From the NCBI GenBank assembly GCA_964252035.1, contig OZ176203.1: 64,000 nt of DNA; one strand, written 5' to 3'. Positions 35,870 through 50,463 of the stretch are shown here, one piece after another. Source of the stretch: Podarcis erhardii. Lineage: Eukaryota. Position 1 is the stretch's first letter; each line of letters starts with the position of its first letter. The notes beneath the pieces were generated by a model, which saw only the letters and a list, made by a program, of their open reading frames with translations, had not been told where the DNA came from and searched no databases. Made by a program: the position numbers and the translations under genes.

Positions 35870-36240
35870 TGGCGGAGAAATGCAATTCAGTTCACATTTA
35901 AAGATGAACCTAATTCACACTTTCTGAAACAATATGCAAAATGAAACACAGCTGTCCTCTGAAATTTGTACTTATCCAAATTTTGCAGTGCGATTTCCGA
36001 GCCAAGAAATGTGTGCAGAAAATACATACGCTAAAGTAAGATGTCATAAAATGTATATATTAGTGGAAACAACATGCAAAATGTATTATATTAGGGGAAA
36101 TTGTTTTGCATAAAAGTATGTATTCGGCACAACTGCATATTAAAAATATGCATGTTAGGAGAAACACATGCTGAAATGCTGAATAATTTTCACATGGACT
36201 TCTTTGCTAAAAAATTGCAAACTGTGGGAAAGTAGAAAAC
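35870..36240 (+). repeat. Old interspersed repeat, family unassigned
   Basis: Homologous to the reverse complement of ~54150-54430 (CATTTAAAG, CACACTTTC, GAAACACAG, CTTATCCAA, ATATTAGGGGAAA anchors). Confidence 0.6.
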
Positions 36241-39200
36241 TGAACCTAAGATTGGAAAAATGAGAAACCCTATATTGTGCAGGCGGCTGTCATCACATTA
36301 TGCATCTCCATGATACTGTCTGTGGCCTCTGGGAACCTGAAATGTTAGCTTGGAGACTTTCACAATATAATAGTAGCCATCTATGCTGAAAGATCTTCCA
36401 TACATTACAACTGGCATCTGGGTAGCTCATCATGGGAAGCTATTTTCAGTGGCATTCCTCTAGCCAAAGTAATGCATAAGCATATGAAGTGGTCTAATGT
36501 TGAGTCAGATTACTGGTCCATGAAGCACAGTACAGTGTCTGGTCTGACTGGTGGTACTTCTCCATGCTTTGGGGCAAAAGCCTTTTCTTGTGCTACAGGA
36601 ATTGCGGTGCGAAGCGCTATCATTGAGCCATATGCTCCAGAAATCAAGTATGGAATAATATCCACCTAAAAAAGATTCAGCCTGTAAATAATTTCCCTTA
36701 AGATCTGCAGTATATCCTTGCAGGTATACCTGAAGAACTGACCTTTTAACTACTGAGTTATAAGTATTTAATAGATACAGGTTTGGCTTAGTTCAGTGCC
36801 ACTTCTTAAATGACACTTAAACACACATATATACTGCCTGTTCTGTAACACACATCCAAGTAGTGTGCAAAATGCAAATACAATATATTTTTAAAATATA
36901 TATAATAAATTTAAACCAAAAGCTTAAAATCACTGGCATTATGAGCCACCAAACACCAAGGTGAATAAGTTGGTTTTCAGCATGTACCTCAACTGCAGAT
37001 TCCGCACATGCTTGGTTTCAGGGTGAGGGGGTTGGGAAAGGCTATTCCAGAGTGTGGGTACCACCACAGAAAATACCTTCTTCCTGGCTGGTTGTTGCCG
37101 GATGCATGTCCTTGGCTATGGTACACCTGCACACACCAGGAAACTTATTGGAAAAGGTCTCCTAGCCTTGGCCAACTTGGGCAATATGGGTCAGCTTAAG
37201 CACAATTACTTTTTTCATTCTTCTTAATCAGTGTGGTATGAAGATCATCCTGCAAGGAAAGGGACAAAAGTAAAGAGAGGGACAGCATGCAGTAGCTTAG
37301 GACATTCTGATTCCAAATGGAAAAGGACTGTTGAAGATGCCAGGAAGCAGGGGATGGAAATAATGAGTCTATAGAATGAGGAAGGCTATTTAAACAAAGG
37401 CCAGTGCACAGAGGTGATAATCCCGTCATGTAGTGTCCTAGAGATACTAGGCTGTTCCTTTGAAATTTGCCGTTCTGTTCTACCAAGACAAAAGGTGGCA
37501 TGTTCCACATGCCAAGCCTTAAACCTTGGCTGGGTTTGAAAGAATGCAATGACAGATAACAGTTTGCATAATTTAAATAAATATTTTCTGTATTGAATTT
37601 TATCTAGGCAGGCATACCAATTGTATTTTGCCTATTCAATCCTGTTGATTCTTCCTTCCTCCACTCCTACTTAGAAGAGGTATTAACATCATATTATGGG
37701 GAAAGCAACTGTTAAATGTTCTAAGGTGAACAAAAGACTGCATTCTTGGCTCAGGTTCAACTGTAGTGTAATTCAATGTTATCTTTGGTTCAGAACAATT
37801 ACACCAGATATAGAGACACTTGACTTTGGACATGAGTGTGTTCAAAGGCAATGCTGAAGTAATCCACATGGCATGTTACATGTGTTGTTCAAAAATTTGG
37901 AACCTATAGAGAACCTATACTACAAAGCTGCAAACCCCGCAAAAGAGATGCTAATGCAACATGTTTTATATTTTTCACCACAGCAGTTCCCACTGCCAAA
38001 GTGAGAAAGCACTGAACAGCAGCTTCACTTGTTAGTCAAAGTTGCTGTAGCAAAAGGAATCAAGCACAGTTCTGGTGTGCACACACACTGCTTTTTGGAT
38101 TATGGCTGCATGTGGATGTTTCTGAACTAAAAAAAACTACAACTTTTGTTGTCTGCACTGCTGCTCAGTAACAGATATTTGAGAACTGCACATTCTGATG
38201 ATTGCCATTGAAAGCTAGACTTTCAAAGTGAACATCTATCTCCACATCACAAAGGGTTAAGACAATGCCAGCTACTGGCAAAATGCCTATATTTGAAAAG
38301 AAGACTATTGTATAGGAGTGCTTTCCCCTGTGTGGCAATGCTGCCTGTCCTGTTGCCACTGTGAGAATGTGCATTGACAACCCACACTGCAAGAATTTGA
38401 GTAATGTTTACAATCCACAGCGAAAACAGAAAAGAAGATGAAGATAAAGCGTTAGCATTGTGTGCTATTCTTGGCTGGCTTGCTAACAGAAGGACAGAGG
38501 AGCATGGGGAATATCAGAAAAATTAACCAATGCAAAATTTAAAAAGGGGGAGGAGTAAGTTCATAAAATAATATGAGAAACCATAATGTAGGCAAAGACT
38601 ACTGATTTGCTGAGCAATTTTTTTATGCTAAACCGTAGAGATGGAGTCTCCAGCATGATGCCCTGGGACACCATGACAGCCTCAAACAGCTGCCATGGTG
38701 CCCATTAAGACACCTGTCCCTCCCATTTTTTTTATTTAAGTTGGCTTCTGTTGTTGTTAGGGTAGGGGTTGTTTATTTTTTCTCTGTTTTATTTGCTGTG
38801 GGGTATATATAGGTGATTAGTCATTGGCAATTTCTGAACATCAGCTGTTTATCTTCTGTGAAATGGGTATTTTGTGGAGCCAACGAGTTTGTCAGATTTC
38901 CAAATGTGCCCATAGGCACAAAATGTTAGTGAACTCCTACTCTAGAGAATGCAGAATAGTGGTAGATACTGAGGGTTTCAGATCAAATGACACTTTTGTA
39001 CTGTCAATTTGGGTCTTATCCTGTCTAGTAAATTGTTCTCAACAGCAAAGACCCCATTACTGAGCAGAGAGAGCCCACTGGGTGGCATTCAACTAAGTTT
39101 TACTTAGAGCAGACTCTCTGAAATGACTAATTTAGGGGCATTAATTTCAATAGGTCTACTCTGAGTAAAACCTAGTTGAATCCCTCACACTGTATTTAAT

Positions 39201-42200
39201 TCATTCAGTATCACAAATGTGAGGCACTGTGGAAAGGGGTAATAAAATTTATGTTACCATGGTAGCCAGACAAGCTTTCTTTGAGGTTGCAGTTTCTCTG
39301 CAATGAGTTGAAAAGCAGCTATGGCTTAACAGATCACCATCTGTATGTCCTCAGAGAACAAGGAAGGAGGGGAAAGTTTTATTACTGGTCTCATCCTTCC
39401 TTGCTGAAATGGCTGTCTTCTGAAATTGCCATGAATATTTCAATGGTAGTTGGCACAATTATTGAGGGGGAAAAGGTAAGGGCTTGATGGATGAGACTTT
39501 TAGGAGTATGGCTAACAGTCTATCTCACTCTTCAGTCTATTTTGATCTGAAGTAGATTGGCCTGTCATAAAAAATAGATGGTAAATAGAGTGTGCATATT
39601 ACAAAAACAAACCACCCACCACAGATTGAGGGCACTTACGTAATTCTCTGTACCTAGCCACGTTCATCTTCAGGCCCTCAAAATAAAAGGCTGTGAATGC
39701 TTGCTTTCTGTAAAAGTAATCTGTCACTAAGTGGTTGTCCTTATATATAGCAGGTACTGTTTATTTACTGCAGTGTACACAGTACTGCGGCAGTCCTTTT
39801 CAGAGGGGCAAAGTTAATCTGTGTGGATAAAGAATGCATGTTATTTGTCACTCATAACTCTGTTTTTAGAACATAAAGCCTTTAATTAGTACCCTGGATT
39901 GGACATTTTCTTTTCTTTGCAAGACTAAGATCACTTCAAAGGGTCCCAGAGTATCCTGATGTAAAAAAAAAAAAAATGCTCCGAAACCCTGATTTAGAAG
40001 GTTTTAAACTTTCTTTATTTAGAAGTAATATTTGTTCTTTTTATTGGGATTTACTTTCAAGTGAAAAATGATTAGGACTGTAGCCCAAGAAATGGCAAGT
40101 TGCCTGTCATTTTCCTTTCTCATCCTCACAGTCATGCTTACAGATGGCTGAGTGCACATGCTCACCTTGCCAATGAAGTGTGTCCCTCCTTCACCTGGTG
40201 TCCTGCTCCCTCTGAGCAGTGAGGGAAGGTGAAAGGTGGTTCCAGTTCCTGATAGTTTTGTGGCAAAGCCCTCCCTTGCCTCACCATGACCCTCACCTGC
40301 CCTAGGTGTACTGCTTGCTGGGCCATTCGTTGCTGGCTGAAAATAGGTAGGCTGCAGCCCTTTAAAGAGCCCCTCTACACTTTGCTCCCTCCACATCTGG
40401 ATGGAACATGAGAACGGCCTCATCCTCAATGCATTCTATGGGTCTGCCAAAGCAGTAACTGGTCTTGGGTGTATTTCCTGCCTTTGAAAGACTTTCTTTC
40501 ATGCAGAATAAGTATTGCAGATACTGAGGCTCGGTGCCAGTTTCTGTATAGGATGTTCTTCAGTGTCCACCCCCACTCCCCCACCATGCCCTCCTTTATC
40601 CTCACAAGTAGTCATCCACTTGCCCAATTGGTACCAACTCCCCATCCCTAGAGGGGGGGGGAGAGAGGGACTTCCGGCCCTTGCTCTTCTCACTGCTTGC
40701 TTGCTTGCTTGCTTGGACTGTGCAGGTGAATGGGCAGGTAACAGCAAGGAGATTCAGCAGCAGGGTCAGGAGGGTTGGCTGTGGGCCCCTTGCTGGGGTG
40801 TTGGCCTTGATCATAGCAATATTTGATGCCAGCTCTACGGAAAGAGATTGCCATTATTACCCAGGTCTGCATTTATGACTGCAGAACTGTCCCACCCTGG
40901 TGGGATGCTACTGTGTGTAGTGTTGCGTTTTGTTTCATTTGCCTGGCATTAAGATTCTCTTTGGGTTGTCTGGCCAAATGTATGAGCCTTGGCTCTCCCT
41001 GGCCAGCTCTTCACTTCACTCAGGTTGGACTACATGAGTATAAAGCACAGAAGCTTCAAGTCAATTGAGAGAGGGCCAGGAATACCACTGTTCTTGGCAA
41101 AATACAAAGGAGATGGGAGGACAGGGGAAAGAACAGGCTCTACCTCCAGGTATTCCATGAAGAAAAGTGACTAACTTCACTGTCATGGGTGTATACATTT
41201 TTCTTTCTATCTGAGTACAAAATGTAAAATGAAAAGCAGGTCTCTGATAACATCCCCGTTTCTGAGTGCCTTACAATGCAAAACATTGTTTAAAAATCTA
41301 CTGACACTGAAGCAATGCTGTTTAACTCTGTTGATGCTGTTTCTTTATGTTTTTTAACTTTGCGTGGGAAATAGGAAAATAGCATGCGCAAATTATCAGT
41401 GTACAATCTTTCTCCTTCCTCTGTTGAACTCTTGTTATTTGCAAATAAACAAGACTTTCACTGATCCTAGCATGGCCCCTCAAGAGATATTTTGAATGAG
41501 CTGCCTGTACATCTGTTTTGATCTGGCCAATAGGGAAAGGGGAGAGCAACCATTCAAGTTCCCACTTGTCCCTTGACAAGTGAGAGGCAATGGAGCCTGA
41601 GCCTGCCAAAGAGCAGTTTAAAAGAGCTGCAGTGGCATAATGGGTGATGCAAGACAGCTTGAAAAGGACCAAAGGGCCAAACCAATTGGAAGTGTCCTTT
41701 TTTGATACTCTCCTTTGTCAAATGATGGAGCATGTGAAGGGTGTGTATGTGGCTAATAAATAACTCTTTGGCAATATTCTCAGAAAGCTTTTCAACAGCC
41801 CCTGCAGATACAGATCTACAAGACAGAACCTGAGTGGTCTATCCAGGAACTGAAGTAGAACTGCCATCCCTGAGGTCAATGCAAATCTGATGTTTCACCC
41901 TAAATGAGCTCCTCTTGAGGCTTGCTGATCTTGTGCACTTCTTCTGAAGCACTGTTGCTAGAGACTCCTGCATAGAACCCTCTGCTTTGCCATTCACCGA
42001 AGTTAGCAGCAATAGCTTCTGACAACTTTAGTTTGGGAATTTAACTTAAGGATATGGGAGCAGTTTTGCCTATGTATGTGAACTAGGTCTCTGATGTATT
42101 CAGTATGGTCTGCCTTCTACACTAAATGTAATGCGACATTGACTTCTTGACAATGCCAGTGTGCCCTTTTAAAACAAGTTTCTAAGCCTCATGATTGTTA

Positions 42201-43904
42201 TGGAGAACAAATATTGCAGGGCTGGAGACCAAAGAGGCATTTGTTGTGTGTCTCAAGAGACGGGACTTCAGCATCCTGCACATCTGACCCTCCATAGAAC
42301 ATCATATTCCCAATCTAGTGTTTCCACAAGCACATTCCTGTCATCCTTTCTCCAACCCGTTCTTTGCCAAAATGTTGAATATTCCACAAAAACAAAATGC
42401 AGATATTGTAATCAGAACAAACAGTTTTGAGTTCCTCCATAAATGACTATGAGATTTTAGCTCTGCCTACTGTGCATGAAATGTAGAGGCAAGACTTAGC
42501 TGTGTGAAATCTGAAAAGCAGAACTTCATGAGCTATTAATGTCTCCACAGAGTACAGTGCCTGAGTGAAGCAATCCACATACCAATACATTGCCAGTTTT
42601 TCTTATCAAAATCTCACGACTATTTTTATTCCCTTCGTTGTGTAAAAGTGTGGACTTACTGTAATAACATTACGGATGTTTTAAATGCCACCTGGAGGGA
42701 TAAAATTTCTTTCATATCAAGTCTAGGTGACTTATTAAACAAATAAAATGTACCTGCACACATGAAGCAATGGGAGACGGTTGTTTTTAAGCCATTTTTA
42801 GAACTGAATAGTATAATTGTTGGTGAAACTTGCTTAGATACTGGAATAGGAATTTGCAGGATCAAAGTAGCAGTTAAGATGCTCGGGAACTCATTCAAAA
42901 GTTTGCATAGCTGATATTCTCTAGGGAATACTGGGCTTCTTTGTACATGGGAACTTCTGGTTCCAAGCAATTTGAAACCTAAACTGTCACAGATTTAGGA
43001 CCAAATTCTTCAAAGTCCTGAGGGCATGCTGCTGAGAAGAGTATCTCTAACTATGCTGCCTTTAAACCGTGTTGCCAGCACACAGGTGTCAGAGAGCGCT
43101 TTACATGCAGACTGTACACACAGTGAATGCTTAATAGATTCTGGTCCTAATTCCAATTGGAGGGAGGTGGATGGGAAAGAAAGGCAAATAGTCAGAGGAA
43201 CTAGTTCTCTACATTTTGACATCTGGCTCTATGTTTCTGAAGCGGGCTCCTCCAATAGAAGAAGCTGTACCTGCCAACCTTTTCCTGTCAATATTATATT
43301 AACAGTAACAGCACAGAAGCTCCCTTCTTCTGGAAGAAGTTGGCAACTCAGTTGTGCACTTTTTTTTTACAGAGTAAATTACTTTGTCTATGTCAGGGGT
43401 GGGGGAACATTTCAGCCTTGAGGCCACATTATGATTTGGGCAACCTTCCAGGGGCCACATTCCTGTGGTGAGCAGGGCCAAAGGCGAAGGTGAGCAGAGC
43501 AATGGATGTGAATTTTACCTTTTGTACAGTAAGCTGGTTTCTCTACACACTCGCACATCCCTCTTTAATCTTCCATTCAGACAAGTCAGAAGCATTTTCA
43601 GTGTTTGAGGGGACATTCTAGGCAGCAAAAGTACTCAAGGAAGGTGCAGAGCAAGGCTTCTGAGGTGTGGCCCTGTGGAGAGTCCTGAGGGTCAGATAAT
43701 GAGTTCTGGAGGGCTGCTTTTGGCTCCTTGGACCTGAGGGTCCCCATCCTTCATCTACATAAACAGCCACATTTCTTCAGGGTTAGCTCTCTCACCCTGG
43801 GGAGATTAGTCATCAGTTTATCATGAATGGAAGAGTATACAGCTGTGTGGTGCTGGTTAAGTGCTAATTTGTAACTAACCTAAGTCTTGCTCTCCATGAA
43901 AATA

Positions 43905-44170
43905 TAATAACAACAATAATAATGTATTTCTTACATACCCCCCTCATGTGAGTGGGTTGCCCCAGCCATGCTGGCTGGCTTCCAAGAAAAGTAATATGAT
44001 TGCTTATCTCTTTGACATCCAGCAGAAGGGTGTTTCACAGGGCAGGCACAACTACTGAGAAGGTCCTCTGCCTGGTTCCCTGTGGCTTCACTTCTCTAAA
44101 TGAGGGAACTGCCAGAAGGCCCTCAGAGCTGGGCCTCAGTGTCTAGGCTGAGCAATGCGGGTGGAAACGC
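43905..44170 (-). mobile_element. Degraded L2 3' fragment
   Basis: Same family as 25431-25890 (GAGAAGG.CCTCTGCCTGGTTCCCTGT...GCCAGAAGGCCCTC) with many CpG decays. Confidence 0.75.
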
Positions 44171-46198
44171 AATGTATCTTGTTGGGACGACAAGAACAAA
44201 TTTTAATGTTGCGCACCAAGGAACAGTAGACTAGAATGTGTGGTCCTTCTGTTTTGTACTCCATGCCAATTTAAAAGTAATGGAAAAATATGGATTTGGT
44301 GAGCCACATCTGGAATAAGGAACAACAGTAAAAAAATAAATAAATTGATGTTTCCCCGACACACCATAAACTAAAAGGCTTCAAAGTTTTATAATGCATT
44401 GTGTGTAGAAATTAATGGGAAATACGGTATATATCTGTTTTTATAAGAATTACTATGAAACTGCCAATGTTGACTTGGTTTGTGCCTTTTCATGGGGGAG
44501 TTTGGCTCTAAATAAAATACAAGTAATTTTATAGACTTAACACTGACAATTTGCCATGTTAGTCTAAGTGTGTTTTAAAATTTTACTGATATGTTCAAAG
44601 GAACGTCGGAGCGGGTGAAAAGTGCATGCATATTGAAAAGGAACATTCCTAGGGCTGATATTTAGCAAACTCAGGCTTTAATTATACATCTATTTTTCAA
44701 AAAACCAAAATGTAGAGGTACTGTATTTTAATTTTATGTGTGATAATGGCCAGGGGTGGTGCTATTCAATGGCAGTCCTACTCAGAGTAAGCCCATTGAA
44801 GTTAATGGATAAACCTATCATTTCTTAATGAATTTTTGGAATTCACTACCACAAGATGAGATTACCACTGGTTTAGATGGCTATAAAACTGGATTAGGAA
44901 AATTCACAGAGGATATGACTCTGAGTGGATATTTTCCATGATAGATAAAAGGAAATGTTATGTTCAGAGACACTTTGTCTCTAAATACAAGCTGCTGGTC
45001 CAACACAGAGTAGCGGAGGGCTATTGCCTTTGTGCTTTTCTTGTGAACTTCCTGGAAGTTCCTGGAAGACAAACCCATGTGTCTGTGTGCATCTAGTGTA
45101 GGTATGGGAACCGCAGGCCCAGGGCTGAATGTGGTCCTCCAGGCCTCTCTATCTGGCCCTCAGAGCTCTCCCTAGCCACACCCCTCTTTGCCCTCTCTTG
45201 GAGTGTGTTTGCCTGAATTGAATATGTCCCTAAACTCTGATAATGCTTCTCTGGATGGAGATCTAAGAGGGGTGTGTGAATGAATAAAAACTAGCCTGAT
45301 GTACAAAGACAAAACCTACTTTTGTCGCTCTGCCCACTTTTGCGTCCCCCACCCCAAAAGTTGCCCAGAAGGGAATGCAGTTCCCAGGCTGAAAAAGGTT
45401 CCCCTGTCCCGTTCTAGTGGGTGCAGTTCTATGAATCGGGCACACAGTGCAGAAGCAAAACCCTCTCATTTTAGTGGGCACAATTCCACAATATGTTTTT
45501 GGTTAAGCCTGAATACATGAAATACTAGATGAGTAGAAATGAGTGAATCTTTTTTTTTTTTTTTTTTTTACATCCTACTTGGCTCTCGCGCAGCTGGAAA
45601 ATTACTGAGGGAGGGATATGGTTGATTAACTGATATGAAGTTTAAAGATTCAAATAAGCATTGCCACATTTAGCATTCTCTTTCCACGGGCCAGAAAACC
45701 ATCTAATCCTCTACATTAAACGAGAAAGAAACACTCAGTAGACTACTGCAGATCACATAATGCAAACCAGTGCTTTGCCCTCTGTCTCGCCAGTTTACAA
45801 GAGAGAAACAAAAAATAAAACGCTTATAGCAACTTTGACATAAAGCTGCCTTTTTTGTAACTTTCTCAGGAAATCTGTAGCAGAGCAGAGAACTTAATAC
45901 AGGCTGTGGCAACAGGTTTATTTATTTATTTTACTTTGGCAAATTTTCTGTCGTAAGGATAAAACTAGATTAAATGGGAGGAAACTACGGGCTGGCATTT
46001 TGATGCAAACAATGACAAAAATATTCATGCAGGAACAGCACCAATCCCACAATAAACAAGAGTTTGGAAGTGCTCAAGAGTCTTGAGGCATGGGTTAAAC
46101 CTTTTGTAACCAAGCCAAGCGATGACTGCAGCTTTCATTTTAACATTTGGGGGAAAGCTATTTCCTCATTAAATGTAACACAGGTAAATGTTTTCTAG

Positions 46199-46395
46199 GT
46201 TATCTAACCAAACTTCTGCAAAACCACACTGCGTATGCCTGTGATGGTGATCGCTTGAGTCTGCAGTGTCCTCGACATTCAACAATAAGTGTCCAATCTG
46301 CATATTACGGGCAAGCTTACCAGTTGTGTAGTGAACAACATCCAGAAGCCATGATGAAAGAGCCCATAAACTGTGTGGCATCTACTACTTTGCAG
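46199..46395 (+). CDS. EVA1C: EVA1C coding exon 2 (SUEL domain 1, N-half)
   Basis: ttctag|GTTATC...TTGCAG|gtatta; 197 nt, phase 1-0; YLTKLLQNHTAYACDGDRLSLQCPRHSTISVQSAYYGQAYQLCSEQHPEAMMKEPINCVASTTLQ. Confidence 0.97.
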
Positions 46396-46809
46396 GTATT
46401 ACATATTGTAGTATTTTTATTCTTGTTTTTTTAAATAAAAAAACAGCCTTTCAGAATGATTCAGTGATATAAATTGTATTTATTAAAATGCAAGGTAAAG
46501 GCAACATTAATTGACTGATGTTCAGAGTGTAACTTTTATAATAGAATAGTTGTTATTGTGGGAGGAAGGATGGTTCAGTTGTGCATATGACTAAGTTTTA
46601 GTGTTTCTGGATAATGCAGACTATTATCAGGACCACTCCTCAAAGAAAATCTCTCCACCCCTTTGCTCCTGAAGAATATGCAATGCTAATTAATCCTGAC
46701 ACTTAATAATGTGTTTGGCTACTTTTGAAATTCATATTTTATTGTCACTTCTTAATTTTTGAATAGCAACAATTTAAAGTAAATTTTTAAATCAATATCT
46801 GACTACATA

Positions 46810-47020
46810 CCGTATTGGCTTGAATATAAGCCGCACTTCTTTCCCAGATTCTGATCGTGAAAAGTGTGGCTTATATTCACAACCTTATGCCGCCAAAACA
46901 GCGCCGCTCCCTCCCCCCAGGAAGCAGCCCGGGAGCGCAGGGCAACAGCGCCTGTCCCGTCCGCGGCTCCCAAGCCGATTTTTAAAGGTGTGCCTTATTT
47001 GCGGGTGGGGGCCAATACAG
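46810..47020. mobile_element. Tc1/pogo-type MITE, CpG-rich
   Basis: TA flanks; TIR C(C/T)GTATTGGC; subterminal GAATATAAGCCGCAC inverted with GTGTGGCTTATATTC. Confidence 0.75.
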
Positions 47021-49282
47021 TAAATGAAACTGGTTGCAATTTGTTTGCAACTCGATACAATGGCACAAATCTTCCCAAACAGTTCTGAGTGGTGACTTAG
47101 CCAGCCATGCATGATCTATAGATCTGTGGTGCAAGCCTCACAGGACCTGTTCATCACAAGCAAACTGAAATCCAGTTTGGGGGATTGGGTGGCTGGCCAC
47201 ACACTCAGTAGTTGTATGGGCTGTCTGACGTCTCTTGCCAAGCAGACTGGGACAAAAGAGCCCTGAACAATGAGAATGTCCATTAAGATTAACACCCAAT
47301 GGTCCAACTTAATTTGTCTGCCAGATTGATGGAGTTGTTTTGGCACTGAGCTTATGTCAATGGATTTTCCTGGGAGAAATCTAGATTGCCAATTAGTTCT
47401 GGCTCCAATTTCTGGTAGACAGCAGTAGAATCTACAGCCTAATTTTGATTAGGATTATTGAAGATTACCTCTGAATCACTGGCTTGCCATTGTATCAAAT
47501 GCCCCAATGATTAATAATATATTTGAGACCTGTGCTTCATCTCTGTTCCCTTGACACATACACTGTTCTGATAGTCTTACTGTAGACACATAAGAACAGT
47601 TATATAGACATAGAGGCAAGTGTTTAGTCCTAAATCATGGTTATTCCCTGCCTCAGAAGTCAAGGCAATCATGTTCCTCATGTTAGACAAACCAGTAATA
47701 TTTATATTTCCCTCACATGGAAAAATGCTAACACAGTCATGTCCTGTTGTGACAAATTGGTCATTATTTTGTAGGTTTAGAGGAATTTTTAAAAACTGAT
47801 ATACAAAATATGCAAAGATCATTTCCTAAACATAATTAAGATCTGATGATGCAGTCGGGTTCCTGACCTCATGGGAATCCTAAACTGTAGCATCCTTAAT
47901 CCTGTTATATGACACCATGTACAGAGCAATGCTGTGCAATTTCTACTTAGAAGTAAGAGCTGCTGTTTTCAGAGTGGCTTATTCTCATGCACGTGTGTTT
48001 AGGATTGTAGCCTGAGGCAGGAATCCTATACAGACTTACCTTGGATGTCTACTTTTGAGAGCACATCCATAGGACTACTCTGTACATTTAAAGCTAATGA
48101 GCCTGAACTGGCAAGCAAAAGTTATTTCCTGAGGAGCTACTAAGGATGATTCTTGTATTTTGTTATTTTACATGGCATCATTATTTTTCTTTTTCATGAG
48201 AGCGGGTATTCACTTTTCACTATCTTTGATAGAAAGATGGTATGTTTGTATGGTTTAGGATCCACTGGTGGCCTAATTCACAACCACAGTTTTCTCCTTA
48301 AGAAGATATATAGGCAGACATACAGTAGACATTAACAGTGCAATCCTATGTGTGCTTACTTGGAGGTAAGATTCATTATGTTATGTTAAATGGACTTGCA
48401 TTATACAATAAAGATAATTTCCAGACATTTCTATAAAGTGGTGATTTTCCAAGCAGTTGGCTAATACTGTCAGGTATATTTCTATGCCTTTAGCAGGTAC
48501 ATAACCACAGTGCAAAAGTTTTACTACTTATTCAGGGACCTAGTGTTTGTAGAAACATTTTAAAAATAAGTGTCATTAAAGAAGAGATAGGCAAATTGTT
48601 GTCATTCAGATGTTGTAGGATTTACACAGGTCCCTGCTCTGTCCCTCTATAAAGAAGTTAAATGTTATTTTTTAGTGTAATACCCTGGTTTTTTAAATGA
48701 ATATTGCTTGGAATAGTGGTTTTATAAGCATGGCTTGTATGTGCTTTAATGCTTCTAATGGCTGAAAAATGATCTTTGGTTCAAGCTGTCCTCATGAAAA
48801 TGGGAGTGTCACCCCTTCTCCTTTGTGTCCTTAACTAGCATGGCACCAAGACTATTTTGAGTCCTTTGAATCTTTGGGGATTTAAGCTAGGCTTGCACAG
48901 AAAGATTATTTGAAGCCATCACACATCCCAGCTGCACATAGATAGATAGAATGATAGAATGTTTTACAAATATGTTCACATAGCACTCAAATGCAAGATA
49001 CATGTCTGGCTTTGTCTTCTCTCAAATCTCAGACACCTACAGTAAACCAAATTGTTGGAAGCAAATCTGCATGATCTCATCCTACCTATTCTCTCTGGAA
49101 TGGAGAGATAATCTAAGCATAGTATTATTTTACAGAAAGAACAAAGAATGCTATACAGGAATCTTTCACTGAAGGGCTGAAAGAAAAATTAAATCCCTCC
49201 TAATCTGTGACTGTTCTGACCATATATTAGTTTTGAACATATTAGTGGCCAGATCTTGTTGCACAGCAAATTCAACACCGGC

Positions 49283-49358
49283 AATGTTATCCCTATACAT
49301 GTCTGCTCAGAAGTAAGTTCCATTGAATTCAATGGGGTAAGTGATTAGGATTGCAGTT
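49283..49358. repeat. Short palindromic squamate repeat (representative of ~12 copies)
   Basis: ATCC.TAT.CATGTCT.CTCAGAAGTAAG..CCATTGA.TTCAATGGG...TAGGATTGCA; related copies near 7650, 22750, 26920, 35610, 39080, 44770, 47930, 48340, 51090, 51840, 54500. Confidence 0.7.
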
Positions 49359-50463
49359 TTAAGCTTACATCTCTTATAAAACACAGGGTAAAATATGAAG
49401 AGATTTCTTTTTATAGACAATGATTCTGGCTAGCATAACTAGAAGTAAAGATCACTAGAATATAGTAGGAATGTGTTATTGGCTGCTTTTGAGCATTGGA
49501 GATCTGATTTTTGTCTCCTCTTGGATGCTAGTTAAAAGGCTTTTTATTGTTTACTTGTGTTCTAAATATAGTTTATGAGTTTTTTGTTTTTGTTTTTTTA
49601 AAAAAAAAGATATTGGCACTTTTCTCAATCTATTTTGAACTACTCTTTCTCTATAAAACTTTTACTGCTTTGTGGGCAAATTGTAATAGCCTGCCAACTT
49701 TTCTAATCTGGAACTGCTGCTTCCAGGAATTTGAGGACAATTGCTAAAAACAAGATGTTTCTTAATGCTAATAGTAGCAGCAGGCCCATGATGAATCTGG
49801 TACCCAATAAACCTCTCATATTGGTTGATTCATTTATGACAGTTAACAATACAGCAATGTAGCATTTTGCTCTGTGTAAATATAAATTTTGTTCTGTGTA
49901 AAATTCAGTGATTAACACCTTTCAAGGCATCAGTTATATGATGTGTGATAAATTGGTTTTTCATTTACTGGTAGTTCATGTGGGATGAAAATTTGTAACA
50001 AAGCAGCAGCCACTATCAAAAAATTTCAAGCGTGAAAATAAGTCCCTATCTCCTATTTTCAAAGGTTACATGAATTCTTTATATTAGCATTGCTTCACAG
50101 ATGACAAATTCTGGAATGCCAGCTTGTCATAACAAAATCTATAGTGTCCCATTTTCCCAACTTATCTGCCACCTTGCAATACATAAAACAGCCCTTAAGG
50201 GGGATTTCAAAATAGGTTTGTCACATCCAAACTTGAATGGTAAAACAAAGGAATTTTGGGGAACTCAGATCATCCCATAATTTCACACAACTCGGTTTGT
50301 CTTGGAAATCATTGTATTGGCATTGTATAGATTGTTATGCCTATTTTTCTCGTAACCAGTGGGCAACAGCTTATCACATACAGATTTTAAAATGTCAGGG
50401 TCTGAACTGTTATATAGTTTGAATCTGTTTTTCAAGACTATGCTTTTTTGCTCATTGTTTTAG

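Noticed and set aside
40340-40400. MWREQSVEGLFKGLQPT, resembling the SLC25 mitochondrial-carrier motif (minus strand)
   Set aside because: Similarity is confined to ~17 residues; the flanks do not match carrier repeats and there is an upstream stop. A tBLASTn or HMM hit would be needed to revive it.
43026-43421. 131-aa ORF containing CLIDSG (retroviral protease-like)
   Set aside because: No gag/pol context, LTRs or other protease motifs.
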